From Lytechinus pictus (taxonomy: Eukaryota): DNA of 64,000 nt. The stretch covers positions 14,880,001 to 14,944,000 of the forward strand of contig NC_087249.1 in assembly GCF_037042905.1 (NCBI RefSeq), in the 5' to 3' direction. The first letter of the stretch is position 1; each line of letters opens with the position of its first letter. Positions 1 through 10,427 of this stretch are shown here, piece by piece. Under the pieces are notes generated by a model. It saw nothing but the letters and a program-made list of their open reading frames with translations, was not told the origin of the DNA and ran no database searches. Both the position numbers and the translations under genes were made by a program.

Positions 1-2
1 CA

Positions 3-225
3 CGTGCGTTGACAAAGGCAGAACGCAATTATCCGCAAATAGAGAGAGAAGCGTTGGCGATAGTGTTCGCACTTAGAAGATTCCACATGTATATATTCGG
101 TCGTAAGTTCACACTGGTGACTGACAATAAGCCACTCACAGCTATATTCGGACCGTACAAGAGCTTGCCTGCTCTAGCAGCCGAACGGATGCAGCGATGG
201 GCGATGTACCTGGCAGGCTTTGATT
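3..225 (+). CDS. pol: Gypsy pol, RNase H segment upstream of the insertion
   Basis: Frame reads RALTKAERNY...RWAMYLAGFD and joins in frame to 2805 (GGC TTT GAT TAT GAT ATT = GFDYDI) once the insert and one TSD copy are removed. Confidence 0.92.
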
Positions 226-1227
226 TTGCCCCGGGAACCTCGACACGACGTCTTTAGACAGTGTCGAGGTCCTGAACGCTCCCACTCGTTCTCACCGGAG
301 TGCACTGATGCACTAGATTAATCGCTAAATTACAAAAACATGGATGATAAAACGAAACCAAAAATACGACAGTTAGGACTGACCTTACCTAAACAAACTG
401 AGTTCAAGATACGTTCTCCTTAAAATTACGAACATTCGATGGAATCGTACAATAGAGGATCAATTTTCGGATTTCGTACGAATCGCCATGTTGAATTAAA
501 TTAAAAACATGTATGCGCATGCGCAACATGAATATTTATAAGATGTCGTCACTGTTAAGGTTAATGAATATGCATTACAAGAAGAGATAAGAAAACTTCG
601 GTCGAATCACGAACTTGCTTTTCAAATAAATCGCGATTTAGGTATTTCAGTAATGGATATCAATCTTGCTTGCATTTAACATAGAAAAAAAAACATTATT
701 TAAAGAAGAATTCATTTCATTAAAATTATATTTATCTCAATCTGTATATTATGAACAAACATGACTGCGTTTACAAAATACATTTTTTTTTTTTAAAGAA
801 GAAAAAAGAAGGTATTCAACTTCAAAGGAGGGGGCCACTATGGTGGCTTGTCAGGGATCAGTTGTGACTCATCGGGGGGGGGGGGGGGCATAGCTAGGGA
901 CACGTCCCTTGCATGGGTTGTGAGTGTGACTCGTAAGGGGGGGGGGGCATAGGTACGCTAGTGGGAAGATGTTGCCTGAGAAAGACGTATCCAGCCGGTT
1001 GTGGTAAACAAAAAAATGTATATATATATAGGGGAAGGCGGGGTAAGTTGAGCCATCACCCCCGGGCTAATAATAGAGTTTTATTTTTTTTTATTTGTGA
1101 CGTCATATATGCGAGCATTTCTCTTTCTTTTTAAAGCAGGTATTTCTGCATTTATTCAAAATTGCAAATTTATAACAATTATTTAAAATCAAACATACAT
1201 AATGATCAAATTACAACGGTGACAATG

Positions 1228-1409
1228 TAGTTGGCGGTGGAAGCCAACAATTTTAGGGGGCACCACATTTTTTTGAAAAGCAAAAAAAAAATGACAAAAA
1301 AAATTGAAGCAAAAAAAAAAAGGTTATCAACAAAAAATTTAGGGGGGTTCGTAACCCCACCTAAAATTTAGGGGGGATACTCCCCCCGCCCCCACTTCCG
1401 CCGCCTATG
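1228..1409. mobile_element. Short MITE (GGCGGTGGAAG...CTTCCGCCGCCTATG) nested in the 226-2795 element
   Basis: Inverted ends; it interrupts a segment that is contiguous in the homolog at ~7140-7360. Confidence 0.6.
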
Positions 1410-1829
1410 GTTATAAGAAGATATAGACATAATTCATGTAAACAATAACAAATGAATTCAAATGCAGAGACCAGCTACCGTAAGCTGAATGCTTGAAAAA
1501 ATAGCAGCCATATATATGGCTAAAATCAATTCAATAATGGTTTGTTAAAAACATGCCTCGCAGCCAAAGGCTGAATAATTATTTTGTACAACAATTTACA
1601 ACAATAGAATAATACTCAAATACAAACATGAAATGATATCAAATTACTAGTACTTCTTAATATAATACAAGGAAATAAATTATTTGCAAAGAATAGGCTT
1701 CATCATTTCAAGCGTCAATACAAACCACATAAAATAGGCTATCAAATTATCTTTTTACTCACAAGGTGTATCAATTGTTTTCAATTATGCATATTAAAAA
1801 AAATGTGCACACCACGTGCATAATCTCTC

Positions 1830-2190
1830 TCGAAAAAAAAAAAGATGATAAAGAAACTAATTTAAATATAGAGACAATAGGTAGAAAAGTAAAGAAAAAA
1901 GAATAAAAAAGAAAACGAAAGGGAAAAGAAAAGACAAGAAACGAAGAAACAAGAGCAAAAGTCAAAAAGAAAAGAATGAAACAGTAATTAAAGAAAGGAA
2001 AAGAAAATCAACTACGAAACGAAAAGTAGATGAACAAAATATGAAAATAATAAAAACAAAACGGAAAAGGGGATAAAAAATAAAGAAAGTGAAAAGAAAT
2101 CACGAGGGAGAACTAAGAAATAATATTAGAACACGAGAAAAGAATGAAGAAAAAAATTACATGAAAAGAAGCTAATCGAATAAAAACAAA
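1830..2190 (+). repeat. Purine (A/G)-rich low-complexity tract
   Basis: Composition almost entirely A and G. Confidence 0.8.
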
Positions 2191-2804
2191 AGGCCGTTAA
2201 AATAGTGATTTATTCACTGGCTGCCACGCAGCCAAACCATCGAAAAAGAAATTACGCCACTAAGTTAGACTTATGAATATTCATATTACCCTTTCTCGCA
2301 TGCCTCATACGATAGCCTTTTGTCAAAGACTTCTAGTATATTTCTATAGGATCCTCAGTGAATAAACAGGGTGAAATTAATAGGAAGAGCGTATTATAAA
2401 CGTATTATAATTTTATTTTTTTGTTTTTATAAGGATTAGGCTATTATTTTTCTTTTGTTTTTGTTTTCTGCTAGCACGAAGATAAAAATCAATTTATCTC
2501 GTTGCCTCGTCAAAAGGCTATATCGATCCTCCATTGCTTCCTGTACAAAAGACTTTTAATGCACACCGGCAAAATTTTCCGACGTTTTTGCTTCGTTTTG
2601 GGGAATTATTTCGAAGTTTTGAGGGCCGCCCATATTGCGCCTTAAGTTGTAAGTATGTATTGATTCCTTTGTAACAGTTTTGTGCAATTTTATGTATTTT
2701 TGATTGATTCCCGATGCTCATCTGGTTTGATCTGGTGAGCCGGGGTGAATCACAACGCAGCCCGAACACAGTACGTGTTCGGGCTGCCGCAGTAAGCTTT
2801 GATT

Positions 2805-4339
2805 ATGATATTCGATATCGTACATCCCAAGCGAATGCCAATGCCGATTGTTTTTCACGGTTACCTGACAGAAAGGAAGAACCGGATGTTCAAGAACCGG
2901 AAAATGTAGCTATCTGTCACGTAGATGCTTTACCGATGAGTTATGAGGAATTGCGCAACGCGACGCGCAAGGACAAGACACTGTCGAGAGTAATGCGCTA
3001 TTCTCTAGATGGGTGGCCTAAGCGGTTACCGGAAGCAGACAAAGATCTGCAAGGCTTCTATGGGCGCAGATTCGAGATTACCATAGAAAAAGGAATTTTG
3101 TTATGGGGAATGCGAATCGTGGTACCACTGAAAATGCGCAGTGCAGTTTTGCAAGAAGTACATGAAGGGCACTTAGGCGTAGTCAAAATGAAGGCCATTG
3201 CGCGCAGCCATGTATGGTGGCCTGGCATTGATGCGCAAATTGAAGATGCGGCGAAGCAATGTCAAACATGTCAGGTGGTTCAGAAGCAACCATCGCCAAG
3301 TCCATTGCATCCATGGATCCCAGCAACGCGGCCTATGGAGAGGATTCATGTAGATTTTGCGGGTCCCTTGGAAGGACTGATGTTCATGATTGTTGTTGAT
3401 GCATATAGTAAATGGCCAGAGGTGACTATTATGCCAAATATTACTACCGAGAAAACCATTGAAGCATTGAGAAGCATATTTGCAAGATTTGGACTACCAC
3501 AGATCCTAGTATCGGACAATGGTCCACAGTTTACATCCGCGGAATTCACAGAATTCATGAAGTTGAATGGAATAGTGCATAAGCGAAGCGCGCCCTATCA
3601 TCCGAGTACAAATGGGCAGGCCGAGCGTTTCGTACAATCAGTGAAACAAGCACTGAGAGCATCCAAATCAGACGCAGGAAATGTTCAGTCGAGATTGGAC
3701 AGATTTCTTTTGGCATACCGGAATGCCGCACATTCGGTTACGGGCGAATCTCCCGCAGCGTTGTTCTTGAATAGACCTTTGCGTAGTAGGTTGGATAACC
3801 TCCGCCCTAACGTCACAAGAAGGTTTGCGAGCCAATTACACGAGCAAACCATGCAGAGAGAAACACACAGGAAGACCAATAGATTGCGAAAATTTGAGAT
3901 AGGTGACCATGTTTTGGCCCGTGATTATGTAGGAAGGATTAGATGGGTACCAGGTCAAATAGTAGACAGGGAAGGTCCTTTAGGATACAAAGTACAGGTT
4001 GAGAAAGGGGTATGGCGAAGACATGTAGATCAATTGTTGCCTAGATTAGTAAAGGAAGATGGAGAGACTGAAACTCCAGGTACAGAGTTTGACTTAGATA
4101 CAGAGATAGAAAAGTTACAGAGTAGATACAATGATGTTGGTAGAGATCCAATAGGTATTGGTACCAGGGAGCCTCAAACTAGGGCAGATTTGTCTATGCT
4201 AGAACCATCTCAACGAATGGGTAGTATGGAAAATGAAACAAATGGGAATCAGGTGGATTTTCCCAAACCTGACAGCTTCAGGTTGAGAAGATCTGACAGG
4301 GTAAGAAAGCAACCCAGTAGACTTGTTGAAACTATGTGA
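2805..4339 (+). CDS. pol: Gypsy pol C-terminal part: RNase H end plus integrase
   Basis: NADCFSRLP; HEGHLG..KMK..ARSHVWWPGID...CQTC zinc finger; HVDFAGP, SDNGPQF, NGQAERFVQ DDE core; RRSDRVRKQPSRL tail. Confidence 0.95.
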
Positions 4340-4952
4340 GTTAAAGATTTATTGGTGTTATTGCATCTGGTGTTCAAAGGTGTCACAAAAGTCTGTGACC
4401 AGTTGTTTTGTTTATTTTACATATTGATGTTAAAGGTTAACTATTACAAACAGTAGCATTAACTTATTTTCTTTGGAGATAATATGTTCAGTTTTTACCA
4501 TGAACCATGGAAAAGTAGGTTCTTTGGAGATTTAACATTAACAAACTCATTAAATATGAGAGATGCATATGTTAAAAATTTATAAGTACTAGAGAAGCAA
4601 ACACAAATAATTACCCAAAACGAACAGTTACTTTGGTTGAGTGATATTTTATTACACAGTTAAACTCACAAAAATGTAAATTTGACAGACTTGGTTTCAT
4701 TACAGAATAATATTTATACTTGGATATGTGAAGGTATTACATTACAGTAAAGAATGTTTATTCTACTATCGAAAACGGACATGGGTAAACCAATAGTATG
4801 ATACATTGAATAATTGGTAGTAATGGTTCAATTATCATGTTTTTGTTATTTTAAGGTGAATTACAAGTGACAGAATTACATATTAATAGGTATGAAATGC
4901 ATATTTCTTTATACCACAGGTATACAACTTTTATATTAGGAGGGGAGAGAAA

Positions 4953-5164
4953 TGTTAGATATACATATTGCATTGATACAGTTGGCACTTCATAGATAGC
5001 GTAGTAACGACATAGTTACTCATTGAACTCCGTGTTATACGAACTTGATGTAGTGTGAATCCAGAGTTTGTGCGTATTAAAGATGAACGTTGATCAAACA
5101 CAGTTGTAGTCTTCGAGACTGATTACTGGATGTTCCCTATAAAGAACCCTATAAATACACAACA
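4953..5164 (+). repeat. 3' LTR (212 bp)
   Basis: Starts TGTT directly after the PPT and ends AACA; the downstream flank ATAACAATACAC matches the empty paralogous site at ~34098. Confidence 0.85.
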
Positions 5165-5785
5165 ATAACAATACACAAATAGTTGACAGGAGAATAGTTT
5201 AACGAGTCAAGGGGAAGTATTAGGAAGGGAAGATAAATAATATATTAGAAATAGTTTGCTTCGCCATATAGCAGGTATAAAGAATATAACAATCACAATT
5301 GGTAATAATAGAATGCCATAAAATCATATAGATTTTTAAAGGAAAACGGAGCATAGCTCTCGAAGATGGAAAGGGAAAGTCACACTCTTAGTCAGTGTAC
5401 ATGGTGACACATAAAAGGAGAATTACAAATCCGTTTCTGAAACTGTCGTAAAACACGCCTATTCGTGGGAATAAGAATTGTATAGAAGTATTAAATGTGG
5501 GAGACAAACACTTACCTAATAAGTGTCTCCACAAGATGTTCGAGAACTTGGTCCTAAAATGCAGCAAGAATCTTGCGATAGCTTCTTTGACGTTGCTTGT
5601 TGCTGAACACTCTATCGACACTTGACTTGACACTTTCACATATACTACCTCAGGGTCATTGGGTGGGAATATGGGATTGCGAGCGAGAAGGCGTAATGTT
5701 CGCACGTATGCGCAGAGGTGAGCGGCATATATCGCCGGATATAATGCGCAGGGCACATTGTTTATGCTACACCTCGCCCTATATA
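5165..5785. repeat. Diverged duplicated block, paralogous to ~34098-34705 (partial copies at ~33390-33490 and ~9449-9498)
   Basis: Direct alignment, roughly 90% identity by eye. Confidence 0.85.
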
Positions 5786-6100
5786 TAGATTGGTAGATGT
5801 TTTGAAATTGCGAATTTATAATTTGACAATCTCTAAAATGAAAACAAACCAAAACAAAACAAATGTAGGTAATTCCTGATTGTCAACACAAACAAATTTA
5901 ACCAACAGGAGGATCTACAAACAATAAGCAAGTGCAGCATACACCCATTAAACGTAGTAAGGAACTCAATGGTACTGTTAATAGCATTGTCTTGTCACCA
6001 AAAGGATCTTAACTCTGCTACCCACATCACCGATGAAGCTTAGAAATCGATCCCGAAACTATATTAAAGAAACAGTGATCTGCATTGTCATGAATCAAAC

Positions 6101-6545
6101 TAGACAGCTGGCAGCCGTCTGTTTCGAGGAGTTTTTTAACATTTTTTATTTTTTATTTCTCCTCGTACACAGACGGCTCGCTAGCGTGCAGCCATCATTA
6201 GGGGACATGCAATGCAAAATCCCCCCGTCGGGGCTCTTCAATTTTTGTCTTTAATGAATAAAAATTTTGAAAATTAATGCGACCAAAATGCAAATTAATA
6301 TTCCCTCTTGTCATTAATTGCCAAAAAACGGAGAAAAATCAAGTTAAAAGGAACAAAAACAGTGACTTACCTCAGCTGTCGCGCAAATTCACTTCCCCGT
6401 TTTATCCAATCTTAAGTACATAAACATATGGCCATTGAGTCCCCTGTACAGATCGCGCTAGAACTTCGGTCTCTGTATTTGGTGAGTGAAGCCAACGGAG
6501 TTCAGCTGAACAACCAACATAACAGAGACCGAAGCTTTTGGTCTA
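6101..6545. mobile_element. Non-autonomous DNA transposon, TAGAC...GTCTA ends, 9-bp TSD (AcademH- or Mutator-type)
   Basis: TSD GAATCAAAC at 6092-6100 and 6546-6554; second copy at 41388-41824. Confidence 0.9.
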
Positions 6546-6876
6546 GAATCAAACCATCCTTCAATGCGGGATGAACAGCTTCGAAACTTTCGAGCAAGAC
6601 CTCAACTCATGAGAGCTTTAATTAATAATTTTTTTTCATCCGTGCAGGATGCTCATTCAACCGATATTTAATAGATGGAGATTCCGTGATAAAGGGCATC
6701 AAACTTTCACGTCTGTCAAAGAGACCCGTTAAATGCAAACCACTTTGAAATGTTCGCATTGGAGAAGTTTGCGACCTTCACTTCGGCTGTTCAAAGTAGT
6801 CGCAAAGCTTGAGTCGTTAGCTGAACAAATTATTGGTCTAACCCCAGCGAAGAATTTTTTTTTTCTCAACCACAAT

Positions 6877-8752
6877 TAGGGTTGCAAAATTCCCGGGAAT
6901 TTTCGCGGTGGAAACTTTCCACGGGAATAAACGGGAATTTATTGGTAATTTTGGGAATTTTCGGCAATGATACTGATTGTTTCAAGCCAAAGTTTCAATC
7001 CAAATATTATGCTAAGACAGTCAGACAAGGCATAATTTCAATGAATTTCATGTAAAAGTTGATTTACTGTATCAGTGGCTGAATGGTACGTGCAATGGCA
7101 GTACATGTACACTGCAAATGCTTTACACAAGGGATATACATTTTTTTAAAGCAGTATTTCTGCATTTATTAATAAATCAAAATTACAAATTTATAACAAT
7201 GATATAAAATCAAACATATATACTGATCAAGTTACAAAGGTGACAATTGTATAGTAGTTAAGTAGATATATAGACATATTATTCATGTAAACAATAACAA
7301 ATGAATTTAAATGCAGAGGCCAGCTATCGTAAGCTGAAAGCTTGAAATAATAGCAGCCAGGAACGATGTTGTTCATGGAACGATGCCTATTGGATATTCT
7401 GGTCTTTCTGCAGCTGATGGGAATCAATATTGATAATAATTATAACATTATTGTTGTTATAAGCATTATTATTATAATTTCATTATCATTACTTTATTTC
7501 TTATTTATTTCTGCATAACAGAAGTGAGAACTTGGTGCTGTTTGCGGCGTTAATTTGATGAACTCATACAGATTGCTGGTTCCAGCTTAAAGTTTATTTT
7601 AGTTCATTAACCCTCTTTAGAAATAAACATTTTCGTTCATTATTTTCAAAATACTAGATCAAATTAATGAAACTGATATGAAAATGTCATTTAATATCAC
7701 AAAATATATGAAATTAATAACAAGTTTCTCAATCTCGATCATGGTCAAAGGTCATTTGAGGTCAACAAACTTAGTGCATGTTTTTTTTCTCCCTTTGTGA
7801 AAAATTATTCATCTTGGTTTCAAGGACAGCCATTATATTGTTATTTCTTGACCCCCCCATTTTTTCGGGGGTGCACGGATTGGGACATCTCAGAAATAAA
7901 TTAGTAATTTAACATTTTTCGTTCCTGGACCTGATTTTTCCCATTTAAAGACTCAAGCCAGTGCCATAGCTGGTGGTGGGATTAGTCTGCTGTGCAAACT
8001 TAGTCTGCATGCACAGACCCTGATTGAAACTTTGATCAACAAGTATAGTAGGTCTCCACGCAAAATCTTGCCGTTTCCTGAGCGAGAGGGCCTTCAGTAC
8101 ACAAGGCATGAGTAGGCTTCACATTCAGACCCTTAAATCATGTGAAGGCTTTGCACAGCAGACTAGCAAACCCTGCACTCGAGGAAAGTGTTCTGAATAT
8201 GCAGCTAGGTGTCTGCCAATGACTTGTGTACAGAAGGTACTTTTGTTGAACAGAAAATTGTATTCCTGCTAGTCTTGTGTGAAGACCTACTTGTGGAACA
8301 AAGTTCAATAAGGGTCTGTGCGTGCAGACTACATGTAGGGGGCAATGTTTTTATGTAATGGCAGTTCTCACATAAAAAAACCCTTGACAATGAAAAATTG
8401 AAAATGGGTAAAGCAAAGCTTTATTTTTTTACGTTCAATTGATAAGCTTCATTTTGTACAATGCTCCACCATGTTACTGGATACATAGACATGTATTATA
8501 ATGTGTTGCATGTACAGTTTGATTAATATTTTATACCATGGGCAATTTAAAGAATGAAGAATAGTTTAAATACAAATGGAAAGTATAATGTTTGAGGATA
8601 TCAATTCATAATTTTGTATTTAAAAACAGAATTTATCACTTTTGGTAAAAAAAATGAAAATTCCCGAAAATTCCCAAATTTCCCGGCAGCTGAAAATTCC
8701 CGAAACTTTCCATGGAAATTTTCCAATTTTTTTCCAGCCCTTTGCAACCCTA
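6877..8752. mobile_element. Non-autonomous hAT transposon
   Basis: 12-bp TIR TAGGGTTGCAAA/TTTGCAACCCTA; 8-bp TSD ACCACAAT at 6869-6876 and 8753-8760; subterminal GGGAAW repeats. Confidence 0.92.
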
Positions 8753-10427
8753 ACCACAATAATCCATCGTCGCGGAGAATAATCGAGCTGCTACGAGAAA
8801 TGGCGGAATGTGGCTTTGAAACTTCTAGCCAATCAAGGAAACTTCGGATGTCGTATAGACAATGACAACGTCACGCCTGGCATGCATCTCGTCGCTGATG
8901 GCGTTCACTCAAATGGCTCTGCTTTACCTGTACTGGCGCAAAAAACATCGCTTACCTTCGCGGTTTCGCTTCACGGCCAGCGTGTCGCCCTTAAGAATCT
9001 TCTCCCACTGTCATCAGTGATCAGGCAAGGAGGAACGACAAGCTATATGAATTAATAAATTTATATTACCAAAATGTTCAAATTTATAAGAATTAGGCAA
9101 AAATATTTGATAAAACAATACAGGAAACATCACTAAATGTTAAATGGGAACAATTATCAGGTCATACAATTTAAACTAGTGAAAAATTAAGAAAAAAAGA
9201 TTTAGTTGAACGCAATTCACGCCATGCCAATAGCCACTGACAAATAACTAAACAAGCTAAATCCTTGATATACACAAATTACTTGTTTTATACTCTCTAT
9301 CACTAGGCCGTGAAACAAATTTTAATACTTTTTCGCGTACAAGTGTTTCTTAAAAATGTTTCTAAATGGTGAGCAATTTATTGATCATTAAAGATCACCA
9401 ATTTAAATGGATGGAGCTGCTTGCACAACGCCAATAAAATATTGAATAGGGGAGACAAGCACTCATCTAAGTCTCTCGACAAGATGCCCGAGATCTCGCA
9501 GCGGCGTAACAGGGGTCGGTGGCCAGGGGGGGGGGGGGGGGGGGGCAAGAGCCAAAAATTTCCCGGTCATATCATGGTATGAACAGGCGTAATGGTGTAA
9601 TGAGGCGACGATTCTGAAAGGGCGAGACATTGCGTATCAGACAGAATTTATCTTTAAAAAAAAAGTTGCGAGCAAGCGAAACGAGCGAGCAAAATGTTTT
9701 GACATTTTTAATACAAAAATCAAATTTTGACATGATTTATCCAGAGAATACTTTATTTCACTCTTCTCTCTTTCAAATGTCATTCATTCCTTTTTTGTGG
9801 TCTGTATGCCACTGTGAACATGATTCTTTGCGGAAGTAGCGTGAAGAGTAAACAAATGAGAGGCGCAGTATGGCGCATGTGCTAAAAGCTGCTTAATATA
9901 AGTCCCGAGCGAGAATAAAAATCACATTTTCATAAGAATTTTAATTTGAGACAGTTTTGACATAATATTCAGTAAAAAAATATCATATCCGACTCGTTCA
10001 ATTCAATTCAATTCAATTCATTTATTATTTTCCATTAAAAAACAACAAAATATGTACATTTGAAATACACATGTATATACATAAATAGATCAAATACATA
10101 AGCATAGTAAATTAATATTGTAAGTAATAGAAATAAATGGAAAATGGAACACCTGTAGAAAGCTTTTTTTTAAAAGCTTGTAAATGGCAGGAGTCCAAAA
10201 GTTAACAAAATACAAATATAATAATGATAACAATATTAGATGGCGCATGTATTTGAATTCAACGTCTTGCCCCCTATCCCCACCTGCCCCCGGTCCCCAC
10301 CCCCCCTATCCCCACCTGCCCCCATCCCCCCTATCCCCACCTGCCCCCTGTCCCACCCCCCTACCCCCATCTCTCTCTCAGGTAGAATTCAAAATTAATA
10401 TAGGTTAAAATCTAAATTGAAATAAAA

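Larger units (their letters stand above)
226..2795. mobile_element. Non-autonomous DNA transposon, 9-bp TSD, only degenerate TIRs, hairpin at each end
   Basis: TSD GCTTTGATT at 217-225 and 2796-2804; hairpins at 237-270 and 2757-2787; no transposase ORF; contains nested MITE fragments and a purine-rich tract. Confidence 0.9.
1..5164 (+). mobile_element. Ty3/Gypsy LTR retrotransposon (Mag/SURL-like), 3' half; 5' part lies outside the window; interrupted by an insertion at 226-2795
   Basis: RNase H motifs (ERNYPQIEREALAIVFAL..FH.YIFGRKFTLVTDNKPL), integrase HHCC and DDE motifs, polypurine tract AGGAGGGGAGAGAAA at ~4938-4952, TG..CA LTR. Confidence 0.95.

Noticed and set aside
1771-1965. Phe-rich 64-aa ORF and similar short ORFs over microsatellites
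   Set aside because: Low-complexity translation artefacts
2714-2804. N-terminus of the 541-aa ORF
   Set aside because: The first ~28 codons come from the inserted transposon's right end and are not part of pol
5388-5852. 154-aa ORF
   Set aside because: Frame not conserved in the paralog at 34.3-34.7 kb; no recognisable motif
5950-9050. Possible decayed exon (TIR-like DVVIVY) in the host sequence split by the 6101 and 6877 insertions
   Set aside because: Stops in all frames after rejoining, and the motif match is too weak to support
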